Of a DNA stretch of 64,000 nucleotides, positions 23,342 through 35,300 are shown one piece after another (positions within the stretch are counted from its first letter, which is position 1; the number at the start of each line of letters is the position of its first letter). Where the stretch lies: NCBI GenBank assembly GCA_000708835.1, contig DF237419.1, positions 1 through 64,000 of the forward strand, read 5' to 3'. The notes beneath the pieces were generated by a model. It made no database searches, was not told where the DNA came from, and saw only the letters and a list, made by a program, of their open reading frames with translations. Made by a program: the position numbers and the translations under genes. The stretch comes from Klebsormidium nitens (taxonomy: Eukaryota > Plantae > Klebsormidiophyceae).

Positions 23342-26300
23342 ATGACGGTCAAGGACGTGCTGAGATGGCGGCTGCCACTCCTGCTGGCAGTCACGCTGGG
23401 GCAGTGTTTGACTGTGAAAGCCCTCGAGAAGGACAGTTTCATGAAGATGGTGAGGGCCAACCTTGTTGCTTTAATTGTCAAAGCCTCTTGCCTCTGATTG
23501 TCTGATGAGTGTGGCGAATGCAGTATTGTGAAGATAACATGGAATATAAAGAAATTGTCACCACGCCAGCGAAGCTGGTTGTCTGAGGGGCTTGTTGACG
23601 GGCGACACATCTGGCAACAGGCTCTCTCTCCTTGCAATAGTCGGGCAATCCCATGGTTGTAAGTAAAGAACAGCTGCGTTTGCCCCCTTCCTTCAATCCT
23701 TATGAAAGGTCAGACCTACTAAACATACCTTATGGGCCCCTGAGTTTCTGACATTTATTGCACTTGTGGCCAGCTTTTCTGGTCGAAGTCTTTGAAATTC
23801 TGAAAGACAAGAAGGCCCATCCCCTGATATTCTCAGAGGAACATCGCCAATCCACATTTACAAGTTGATTGGGAGAGTTTTCAGGTTGAAGGTGTTGTCC
23901 TGGTCCTGTCAAGCTGCTTTTGTCAGGGGCCCGGTGTGTGCAATAAGGATGGCGATGAAATCATTGAGGTCATGGACCTAGAATAAGCCTGCCTTTGAGA
24001 AGCTTTCCAGCACACCTCTGAAAGGCAGTCATCCCGTTCTCGCAGTCCAAGTTGGAAACCCCCGTGCGAAACATTAAGTGGATAGGACTCAGCGATCAGG
24101 TGAGCGTTTGATATCCCACGTCTTTCCCCCTCTTTTTTCTCCCCTCAATTTGTTGCCCTCTTGCATCAATGAGGGGTAAGCTTCACCTTCTCAAAAGACT
24201 GCACCAGCTTCAACAAGTGTGAATGGCATGTTTGGAACATCAGGACCCTTCGCTGTGTGAAACGCTGCATCAACTCGCTTGCTGGAATTAAAATCGGTAT
24301 TTTTTGTTGAAAGCGGGGACATTTGTTGAAGAGAAGTAGATTTTTTATGTGTTGTCTTATCAACAGTGAATGATAGTCACGAAACACTTGGTGCTTCTGC
24401 AACCAGGCCAAGGACTGGTTTTACAGCAGTGGGTGACGAGGTTTATGAATCAATGCAGAAATGCCCGGCAGTGCAATTTGTTTTGCTTCAAGTATATATA
24501 AGTTCACCTTCTCACGCCCAGTAATAAGGTGACCTACTAAAAGATTGTTCGTCTCTTCTTCTCCAGATTGTGTTTGCACTTACCGTGACAAACCACCTGT
24601 GGCGGAGCGAGGATGGGGGCATCTCTTGGGTGGACCAAACGGCCACAGACAAGGTGAAGCCTCCTACTTGCTTCTGCTTTCAGTAATTTCGCCAAGATCA
24701 CTAGTAATCAATCACAGCTTGCACACTCCTGAACTCCAGGTTCCTGCACTGTACTCGATTGGGGTCTCTCGTCACAAGCCCTCCAGGATATAAAGCTACC
24801 TAGAAATGACCAGGACTACCGAGGATTGATTTAGTTGATTCCGACCCCCCACAGACCAGGACGAGACTCTGTTTTCGTACCTGAATGATTGACCGTTTGC
24901 TCTTGCAGTTGCTCAAGGTAATGGACGAAACACGCATCGGGTAAGTCACAAACTTGCACCATGTATGTTGGTCAGTTGGTCCTTGAACTTGAAGCAAATC
25001 TTGCCAAGGTGATGGAAATGTTAATGTGGTGCGCAGTCGCCTCAAACGGAAGTTCTGGCGGGAGGGACTCTTGCGGCGTCATCAGCCAGCCATCCACTGC
25101 TTTTTCACAATTGCATCTTTTCACCGCTCTTGCAGCAACCTTTCACCCGTGTCCGGAGTTGCCGACATCCTTTTCTCCTGGGATGCCCCTGAGAAGGTGA
25201 GCGGCACCACTTGGAAGTCCGAAATGCAGACACCAAGAAATTCAAAGAAATCCTGCTTTTTCAACTGCGATCGTTCTTCCCCAAACGTGTAGATCTTGAA
25301 CTTGATCTACCCACTTTCCAGGATTCAGCCTGTGGCTCTCGTTTCAAAATCTTTCAAGTTCGAAGGTTTTTGTATCTCCACGCAGATCTTCTTCCGGGGC
25401 TTTGGCAACTTCCACTGGATAACGTCCGACTTTGGTCGCATGTACGAACGGGTGCTGGGGCCAATCGGACAGACCGGAATGGTCACATGGCGGCAGCACC
25501 CGACTGAAACGGAGTGGGTGCGTGCAACATTTCTTTGCAATGTCTGGTTTTCCTGTTTTCCGGAACCGTCGTCTGACGGGTCGGTCCCATTTTGATTGGA
25601 CAAAATACTCTCCTTCACTCCTCTGTTTACAAAAAGCTCTGCGGATACTTCATTGATTATGTTTCTCTCTCTCCGTGATATCATGGCAGTTCCGGTTTCC
25701 CATCCGTCTTGAGTGCTTTGAATCTGGTCCTTCCATGCACTTCAAATCTGTATCCCCTCTCTCTTAATCCCACTTGCTGTCATAGAGGCAGGAAGTAATT
25801 AAGGAAGTGGTCTTGTCAAGATGACAAATGCTTGATTATAACCGAGGCAGTTCCATGCACAGACATAAGCTAGCAAGATCTTGAATACAATACACAGACC
25901 TTGGTCAAATGTGTGTTACAGCGCTTGGATCCTGTTGCACAGGCGATACTGAGTGATAGGAAAACAAGACGAGGTACGCTGATGGGAATCTTGAAAGAAG
26001 AAGTTTTGTTTCTGCAGCTTCTGGTTATTGCTGTCAGATGGAGCTGTTGGGGCGCATCAGGGCCGCCCTGCGGAAATGACGTGAGTCACACTATATCAAC
26101 TGTAGGATTGCGTAGGATCAAGTTCTACTTGAAAACACTCTAACTGACATGTTCAAAATTATGGCGGAGATGCGAACAAGTCTCGTCAAAGCAAACGCCG
26201 GAGGCTTGTTTGAGTTCAATGAGCGTCTGCTTATCTTCTTTGCCACAGCTGGTAAAGTCGGATCCAAATGTCAATCGCTAGATGCATTCCATCGATTGTG

Positions 26301-29300
26301 TCAGCACATTGATGTCGCTATTGGACGAATCAACATAGGGCGGGCTTCGCTGATCTCTCTAACCTTGGTGTTCTTCTTTTTCCAACCATCCTCGAAAGTG
26401 AAGCGTGTACGCGCTTGCCTTTTCACCGCGCTAAGACAGCATTTCGTGTGCAGCTTTTCGTGACCAAGGACTTCGGACGCACCTGGACCAACCTCACGGA
26501 CGCTGCCCAGGTAAGGCCGTCCGGACTCTCCGAATGCGTCTTTCCCCGCCTGCAATTGCGTCGGGGTGTGTTCCAGGAAAAGGCGTGCCTCGCCCGAGCG
26601 CTTCCCTCTTCATATTTCACGCCATTGTCGAAGAATACTGGATAAACGTTGCTTAAGTTTCCCGTCGCAAGGACATGCCGGGTCGCCTCGCAGTCTAAAC
26701 AGCCTTGCATTGCGCTCCCTGCGGGATACGAAGACGAGTTCACGTCTTTCAAACACACACCATTTTACCAGTGGCGTGGCGGAATTTTTAGTCCTTTTGG
26801 AGCTTCGTCCGACCTGGATGTGGGGAACCCTATCCTCCGACCTTATTCTCCGACCCTACTCTCCGTCCTTATCAAGCCCTTCGCCTATCTCGATACGATG
26901 TACTCTCATACTCGAGTGGGGATAGGTAACCCAACTTATTCAAGACCAGTATTCCTGTCCGGCCGCAGGATCGGATCCTGACCTTCGTCGACTTCGACTG
27001 GGGCTGGAGCAAGGTCGGGCCGCACCCACCGGGTTACACGAAAGAAACCATCATTGCGAGCGTGTACCAGAATACTGCTGACGTCAGGAACCACCTGGCG
27101 GGGCGCGGGAGCAACGGGTGGGACCCCTTCACGGACTTCGTCCGCAGCGACGATCTCTTTCGGACGCACCGGACCGTCGTGCGCTGCGGCGCGCAGTTCG
27201 AGGTGGCCAATGGGCTGCTCTTCTTGGTGAGCGCGTTTTGTATGGCTGCGATTGATTTTTTTGGCGAAGTAAGTTTGGTACTTTTTGATAAGCGTGGAAC
27301 GCATTTCGAAGTGGGCCAATGAGCTACTCTTCCCTGGTGAGCTTGGAGTCTCTGTACAGGTGCGTAAGACCATTGTTGAGTTGTTTTCTGCATTCGCTGT
27401 TATGCAAGGTTGCTCAATCTGGACCGACGAAGAGTTGAGGGTGCCAACGTCGAATGGTAAACGTCTCGGTCGTTCCTTCAATTCCCCTTGCTTGCTTGTA
27501 TGATTGCGTGTTTGATTGACTGTTGGAGCGATGGATGCTTAAGCTCTGACCTATTTCTTACTATTGAGAGGCTCCTTCTAGGTCCTTCGAAACCTGTTTG
27601 AAACCCAGCTCCGCTTGTGCTTCGGACATCAGCCTCGCTCCCGCCGCTTATCCTCCGGTATGCGTTTCTGACGATCCCCTTACTCCGAAACATCGAACCT
27701 TACATCTTTTTAACACCGGCTGTCGTCGTGCTTGACCAGGGCTCGTTGTCACTGAAATCAGTATTCCAATGTTTTTGCCTTGGAACATCTCCAATTTCTT
27801 CAGAGTCTCTTTGCAGGCCGTAGCTGCACATTGTCGGCAGACTGGCCAGGCTGAGCCGCCCCCAAATAACGGCGTCAACCTTTTCACCAGCAGCGACTAT
27901 GGCGCAACGTTCACCGAGTCATGCTTCCCAGGTGCGTACGTCACGCTTGCTTACTGTTCGTAGACAAAATCAGCTCCAGCTTAGAGAATGGTCTCGCATA
28001 TGTGAACGCTGGAAGGTTGCATCCCACGAACTGACGTTGCTTTCCGATGCAGTCCTTTTCTACTGATCACTCCACACTCCGTGACACGGACTCCTTTTCC
28101 TGATGCTTTTTAACCTGGTCAATTGCCCCTGCCGGGCAGTCAGCGTCTCAACCAGACAGGATATTGCAGAGCTCAGGGGGCGACTGTGGAGCATCCTCCG
28201 CGTTTATTAGATCACTTATTGCTTCTTGTTCTTATTTTTCGCTGACACCCAGAGGACTCCTTTGCTCATTCTTCGTTGTCATCTCGTAATTGCTGCTCCT
28301 CACCCGCTTCTCCCCTGCTCTCCGCCCACTCACTTTCGTCCTCCGTTCTGCTCCTTCTCCTTCACAGACTTGCACCGCAATGAACCGCTAAGCCGGCCCT
28401 GCTAACCCTCTTTCGTCTCCCTCCCAAACTCTCTGGGCGACCAGGACTGCAGCGCATCAAAGCCAACAACGAAAAAGTGCTCTTCTTTCCCTTTCTGATC
28501 CGCTAGCCATTCTGCTAAACCTTCTGTCCTCTCCCTCACAGTTTCGCAACATTGAAACTCGATAACGCTGAAATGTCAAACCCCCACTCTTCGTTTCCTT
28601 TCTATCCGGTAACTTCCTCTGCTAACCCGCTTTTTTCTTCCCCCCAGACTCGCTGGGCGAGCAGGGTTACAGCGTGGTCGAAGCAAACAACGACACCGTT
28701 TTCGTCAACGCCGCGTACTCGCAGCAGGGCCGCACGGGCCTGTACGGCAACCTGTACAGTTCGGACGCCCGCTTTACGCTGTACGGACTCAGCCTCAAGG
28801 ACAACCACCGGACGGCGTCCGCAGCGGTTGACTTCATGCGCGTGCAGGGTTTGCCGGGTGGGTATCACATTCTGGTCGGACGTTAAACTTGTTTGAATTG
28901 CCATTTTCTGGATGTCAGAAAACCTCGTGGTGACGTCATTGAGACGTCGGACGGCTCATCGGCTTTGTAAGGATGGAGGTCCACGTCAGAGTTGTTTGAA
29001 TTGCGATTTTTGGATGTCAGCAAAGTGCGTGGTGACGTCATTGAGTTTGCGCATGGCTCATCAGCAGTGTAACGATGTAAGTTCTCACCAGGATGAGGAG
29101 TTCAACTTTGAAGCTTCTGAACTTGTGAAACGCCCTGCAGCGAAGTGTGATAGATGCATTTCTGGTTGCACATCTTATTGCGATACAGAAAATACTGATT
29201 TCCTGTTGTGTTCTTCGAAAAGTTGAAAGGTGGCCCTCTTTCGCACAGGCACATACGTGGTCAATCAGGTTGACTCCGGCAATGGGGGTCGCCTGCCTCC

Positions 29301-32300
29301 GGGCGCGCCCCATAAGGGCGACTCAAGCGCCCCCAACCTGGTGACGAAAATAAGCTTCAACGGGGGTTCCAGCTGGAGCCTACTGACCCCCCCGAATGAG
29401 GTGGGTTTGTGGTTTTATCAACCTGGGCTGGTTGGCTGGTATGGGCTTGGTTTGAGAATGGCGCTTCGTGCAATGGCCGGTGTTCAACTCTCAAATAATA
29501 TCCCCTTTGGCACGGTATGGTCGGGTCTTTTCTCGAGGACAGACCTTTGTACAATGACTGCTTTTGCGCAGGACAGAAGCGAAACCCCAGGGAGTTCAGC
29601 TTCTTCCGACGTTTGATCGATGATTACTCGAACCTTGCGCTCCTCCGTTTACTTGTACAGAAACGTGGTTATCAGGTTCCTTACTGCACATTCGCTCAAA
29701 CCTGGCCGCCTGACCCGTTTTCGATTGGAACCGATCGCAGAATCTGGTCGAATTTGCAGAACGTGGGCCGGTCGATGGTAGCATTCCGGTGATCGAAGGG
29801 TTCAAGTTCTACGCATCGGGCAAAGTTCTGCGATCGGCTCAAATCAGACTCGGGTCTGGCGGCCAGGTTTGACCGAATGTGCAATATCCAGCACGGGAAT
29901 TTGAGCACGAAGTGCACAAACTGATCGCGACCACGGCGGATTTCTGAAGTACGAAAGTTTGCGGTAACATCAGGTGTGGCTCCATGGGGAAGTTTCCATC
30001 AACCCCTGACCCGGTTCTCCACAAACGTAGGCTCCAGACTGAAGAGCTAACACAACCCAAAACGCATTAAGGTGTGAATAGGACCTTTCCTTCCTGCAGG
30101 ACTCCAGTGGTGTGCCCATTGTGTGCCCCGGTTGTACGCTCCACTTGCACGGCGCGAGCTCCTGGCAGGGCAGCGGCAACATGCCGGGCTTCGCGTTCGT
30201 GTATTCACACCCGTCCGCGCCCGGCGTGCTCATGGGAACCGGGAACGTCGGCCAGTATTTGTACCAGGTCAGGGGGCTTCTTCTCGATTCCCAGACATCT
30301 CGTGTGCTTTGCCGTCGACTTCAACATTGTCTGCACTGCCTATGGGTGGGGAAGAGAAATTGTGTGCCAGCCAAACCAAGAATCCCCACCTACAGGCAGT
30401 GCCCCATCAGCAGCCCACACAGAGCCTGCTCATACAGCGGACGGGACAGATTATGGCTCGCACACTGAAAACCAGCTCGTAAAACTCCTTTTGTTTGTCT
30501 CAATGTCTCATGTGCTTTGAATTATATCTCGTCTGCGTCGTTATCGTCTGCTTGATTTCGATGGTGCTAAAGACTGCGAGAGAACGAGGCGGGAAAGCTT
30601 CCGAGGGCGACTGTCGCCTCGTTGGAATTGACGGAAAGGGGCCGGTAGATTTCACCAGGCCGAAGGTCGTTCTTCAATTCAGCGGAAGAAGTTCTTGAGA
30701 CTCGTTAACACTTCGTAGTGGTACGGAGTTCCTGTGCCCCCGTTTCGAATCTATTATTATACCCCACTTGAGTCAGATTTGTTCACAGTAAGACACCCTA
30801 GGCAGGGGTTTCCCAAGGATCAAACGGACAAAACGGACTCGAAGTTTCAATAATAACTTTTGAGCTTCTCATTGCTGTACTCAAACAAAGAATGGGACGC
30901 TTTGCTATCCTTTTCAAGTACGTCTTCTCCAATCTGAGAGCATGGAATGCAAAAGCCGCTCAAAAAGAGTGAGCCGCTTCCAACCTTTGAATGACGCTTT
31001 TGCAGAACGGGGAGGTGAACACGTACGTGTCGGGGGATGCGGGGCGCACGTGGATTGAGGTTGCGCGGGGTGCCCACATCTACGAGTACGGCGACTATGG
31101 CGGGATCATTGTAATGACCAAGCACTATCTCAACGGGCCCACTAACGAGGTCATGTGAGTCAGGCCGCAAAACTTACATTTCGGCGCGGCTGTTCGATGA
31201 CAATACATCCCTCTTTTTCGCTGCGGGCAGTGGGACTTGTATTCTGACTGGGCCTGACAGGTCACCGGCGTTTTAAAATGCCGGACCTTTTCAACAAGAA
31301 GAATTTTGTGGTAAGCGTCAGCTCCTGCAGATCTTGTGAGCAGTCAAAGTCTGTCCAACCATCGACAGGATCCACCACGTTCTAACAGTTCTAGAGGACC
31401 ATGATTCCATTCCAGTCTCGTCGCGCAGAAGCCTGTTTCATTTCCGGTCTTTCGTGACTTCAGGTCCTCTGCCAGGGTTCTCAAGCAAGGCAGGCACACC
31501 CTCAGAACTACGTTATGCAGACAAGTTTCCACTGGGTTATATAAGTCTATAAGAAATACATCCCTCTCTCTTCAGAACACCATTACTAGGTCGAATGCAA
31601 ATGCCAGTTGTTTGCGCAATCTGCATCAGGGCTCTCGTCCCCATTTCGGCCGAGCTGGTCTCCCCAGTTTTACTCCTAGTTCCAAAGGCATGCTGCTGCT
31701 TCTTACGAGCTATCTGGAACCCAGCAGTTTCATCTGACATGAAGTCCCCGGGTGGTCTTCCCCAGGAACTCAGTTGACGAGGGATTAGGCACCCACTTGC
31801 GGACTCCCTGAATGCACGCTTGAACTCCCGTACTCCGCCGAGCAAGCGCTTCCGAGTCTTCTGATCCTACTTCCGTTTTCCAGTAACCATAACCTCAATC
31901 CGAGTTAGTTCTCGTAACCCTGCAGACTCGTTCTTTTTTAACCAACTCCGAGTCTCCGGTTGGTCTTCCCCAGGTTCTCGCTCGACGAGGGCATCAGCTG
32001 GGAGGTCTCCCAGTTCGCAGAACTCCCGTTTGCGCTATTGAAGCCCCGTAGCAAGCGCTTCCGACTCTTCTAGTTCTACTTCCAGTTCCCAGCCACTCTC
32101 GATTGTCCATTTTTTCAAATCCAGCAAACTCGTACCTTTTCATGTTGCTGACTTCAAGTCCCCGGTTGTCTCCCCCAGGTACTCCCTTGACGAGGGCTCA
32201 GCTGGGAGATCTCTCAGTTCCCGATTGCGCCGCTGGACCTCCATACCTTACCAAACAAGCGCTTCTTGGATGTTTTCGTCTCACTTCTACTTCTCTATTA

Positions 32301-35300
32301 CTTTCATTTTCATTATCGAGCTGATTCCCAGAACGCCGCAGACCTTTTTGATTTAAATTCCCCGGTTGGTCTCCCCCAGGTACTCCCTCGACGAGGGCAT
32401 CAGCTGGTAGGTCTCCCAGTTTGCGGACTCCTGTGCTGGCCCTCACGTATTCGGCCAAACTGGGTTTATACATTCCGTTACTTTCTCTTCCAAGCTAGTC
32501 CTTGGCCGTGCTGGTGCGCAGATGTTTGGTCACTGAGCCCGGGTCCCCGGTTGCTCTCCCCAGGTACTCCCTTGACGAGGGCATCAGCTGGGAGGTCTCC
32601 CAGTTCGCGGACTCCCCGATGGACGTGTTTAACATCCGGGTCGAGCCGGATAATGCGGCGCTCAAGTTTCTGATTCAGGGGAAGGATTCCAGCACCGGGG
32701 AGGGCCTCGTAGTTGCGGTGGATCTGAACAAAGTGACGAGCTACCGGTTTTGCAAACCGGACGACTACGAGTTCTGGACGCCGTGAGTGGGTGTCAGGTT
32801 TCGGGATGCATGATTACGGTGAAGGTGTAGGCTTGCAGCCTTTTTTATGAAGTTGGTTGCTGTGAAGGTCACGGTTTTGGGATGCATTCGTTTGAATCTG
32901 GAGTTCTAGGCTTTGGTATTATTCACCAGATTGTGGACGCCGCGAGTATTTGTCAAGGTCTGAGATGCTTGATTCTGGCCCTCGCGGTCTACGTGTCGCG
33001 TCGCCGCTGGCGGTGACATGTTCAGCAACGGTCTCTTTCATGTATACAATTTGACGCGCCCTTCACTGAAGCTTGAATCTGCGTGCACCGCAGCTTGCAT
33101 GACAGCTTTGGGTGTTTTGTCACTGTCCCCGTTTATGCCTGGCACATGCATACGGATGGTCGCCCCTTGCCCAGAAGAATCGAAGTTTCTCATTGAGGCA
33201 GAGAGACCATTTAGGGTCGTCGAACGCTCTGATCGATCTTTTGACAGCAGGAGTGTCGCCTCGCGCCCCTTGCAAGCTTAAGGTAGTGCTGTCTGGCCGC
33301 TCTCTTCGCTCACGTTTGTTGGTTGAACGGAGTACCGTGAGCGAGCCGCTTCAAAAGCACGAAAGCACCCACGATCATGAAACGCGACACTTACATCTTG
33401 GATGTAATCATTACCACTCTCTCCGCAGCACGCTGGGCGGGCAGTGCCTGCTGGGCCAGATCCTGCGCATCCACCGCCAGAAGCCGCTCGTCAAGTGCTG
33501 GAACGGCGAGGCGTATGTGCGGCAGCCCACCTCTAGTTCCCCCTGCGCCTGCTCGGTGGCCGACTACCAGTGCGACTTTGGGACCGTGCGCGACGACCGG
33601 TTCATCATCGAGACGGACCGGGGGGTCTATCCCAAGTGCGTCAAGATCCCCGGGGTGGACCCGGGGCAGTGCCCCAGCGTGGCCGCGGGGGGGTACCGCT
33701 TCAGCGAGTGAGGAAATATCCGCATTTTAGGCTAGTTCTAAAAGGCGGGCATACTATAATATAAGACCAGGTGATGTAATTTCGGTACTCTGGGTTGGTT
33801 TGGGGCTTCGAGTTTTGGAAATTGAGTCTTACTCTATTTGAGGTCCTGAAGATGTTTGGGGCTTATGATTATGACGTGAGCCCATTGGAGAGTTTGTGGT
33901 TCTGCTGCTCTCGCTGTTGTGGACTGGTGAGTAAAAGGCCACGCCTCTTGTATAGTCGGGGGTTTTGAGTCTTGAGAAGTGGGGGTCGGGTTGGGCGTCG
34001 ATTTGCTTTCGTTGCCGACTGAAACCGTCGAAGTTACGACCCCTTCCAAGCCGCATTCGACTAGCCGCCTTGAAATCTAAGCAGCCACTTTCTCCACAAA
34101 CCTTCGAACCCGCTGTAGCTCAGCTTATACCAGGTAACGTGTACAACCCGCTTCGTCTCAAACTAGGCCGCCATGTCCTCTTTCTCGTCGTCACAGATAG
34201 TTATGAACTAATCAAACCTCGTGATTATAAGCTCATATTGCCTCATCTCCTCATCTCCATCTGACGTCATCTACCCCTCCCCTCCGCAGAACCCACCAGC
34301 GGCTCAACCCGGGCGACCCCTGCACGGATCCCCCCTTCGAGAGCGGCAAATTCGTAAACGGGGGGCCGATTCCGACCTCCACTTCGTCGGAAGGGGGGGG
34401 TAGTTCGTGGCCGGCGCCCGCTTCGCGGAGGGGGGGCTTCCCGGGTTGGGCGACGGTCATTGTGGTGGTGCTAAGTGTTGCGTTGGTTGGAGGGGGGACG
34501 TTGACGATCATGATCCAGCAGGGACGGATACCCGACCGGTAAGAAGAGAGGCGATTCAAATTTGAGGTTGCGGTTCTGAAATTATTGGACGAGTGCTTGT
34601 AACCGAGAGGTCTTTTTCGTTGTGGAATAATCTGCGACGAAGTGGGTTTGGATCGTACCGTGTGGTTGTTGCTAGATTAGTAAGACCCTGCGGATGTTGG
34701 GAAGACCCCCAGATCGCCGGGAAGCAACATCTTCATCGGCTTTGCCTTTTGGGTTGCTGTCTGGCAGACTGATCTTTCGTGAGGCTTCGAACGGAGCGGA
34801 AGGGCTTGAAAGAAAGGAAACCAGTCTTAACGGTCGAAGTAAGTGGAAGTAATTGCGTTTGCTTCGCTGTGGTTGCGGGGCTCGGGGAGACCGGTTGAGG
34901 TGTAGCCGGTTACGAGAAGCTTGCCTCGCTTTTGCTCCGCCTTTGCGAGCAAGCATCGGTGTCGTTTGTCCTTCAGGGCTTCTTTTTCTGCCAACGAACT
35001 ACGCCTGGTAGGGTGGAACAACAATAGCCCTCTGGCGGATGCTTTTGGTTTGGAAAATGTCAGGGCGCAGTAATGCCAAGACAGACCCGTGTGCCCGGTA
35101 GCCGATCAGGGCTTCTGGAAGTTGCTGAACGTGTCTTCTGCCTTCCGGTATTGACTAGAGTAGCCTGTTGCTGCAGGTGGTTGGAGCACATTCCGTTTAT
35201 ACAACGGCTCCGGTACGTCAACATGCGGAGCAACTTCCAGTCGCTTGCAGACGATTTCGGTTTCGATTTCGAGGATGCGGACGAGGCACGTCCAGCATGA
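23342..35300 (+). CDS. VPS10/sortilin-like vacuolar sorting receptor (signal peptide, BNR/Asp-box propeller, 10CC module, one TM, cytosolic tail), about 15 exons
   Basis: Signal peptide exon 23342-23449 MTVKDVLRWRLPLLLAVTLGQCLTVKA. Asp-box motifs LWRSEDGGISW (~24590), WITSDFGRMY (~25410), FVTKDFGRTW (~26455), FTSSDYGATF (~27880), ISFNGGSSW (~29350), YVSGDAGRTW (~31025), YSLDEGISW (32565). VPS10 motifs GNLYSSDA...VDFMRVQGLPG and PSAPGVLMGTGNVG. 10CC cysteines CKPDDYEFW, CLLGQ, CACSVADYQCDFG. TM WATVIVVVLSVALVGGGTLTIMI (~34450-34520). Tail YVNM...FQSLADDFGFDFEDADE, TGA at 35300. Confidence 0.9.
28399..28674 (+). repeat. Decayed upstream copy of the branch point/acceptor/exon start of a VPS10-like exon
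   Basis: CTGCTAACCCTCTTTCGTCTCCCTCCCAAACTCTCTGGGCGACCAGGACTGCAGCG (28399-28454) vs the real CTGCTAACCCGCTTTTTTCTTCCCCCCAGACTCGCTGGGCGAGCAGGGTTACAGCG (28619-28674). A partial third copy lies near 28510-28545. Confidence 0.75.
28889..29080 (+). repeat. Intronic tandem duplication, period ~103 bp
   Basis: TTGTTTGAATTGC.ATTTT.TGGATGTCAG.AAA...CGTGGTGACGTCATTGAG...GGCTCATC.GC..TGTAA.GATG occurs at 28889 and 28992. Confidence 0.9.
29685..29883. mobile_element. MITE-like fold-back element in a VPS10-like intron
   Basis: 58-bp inverted arms 29685-29742 and 29826-29883, 50/58 identical by manual alignment (TGCACATTCG.TCAAACCTGGCCGCC.GACCCG...CCGATCGCAGAA), with an 83-bp spacer. No clear target-site duplication. 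Confidence 0.55.
31741..32620 (+). repeat. Array of four decayed ~200-bp copies of a 3' splice site plus exon start, preceding the real VPS10-like exon
   Basis: Units CCCGG(T/G)TG..TC.CCCCAG|G.ACTC.CT.GACGAGGG..TCAGCTGG have acceptor AGs ending at 31765, 31973, 32178 and 32379; the real one ends at 32563. Confidence 0.92.

Noticed and set aside
31741-32620. CRISPR-like repeat-spacer array
   Set aside because: Eukaryotic context, ~200-bp period, degenerate units whose spacers are also homologous, and the repeat is a copy of a splice acceptor/exon start; no cas genes.
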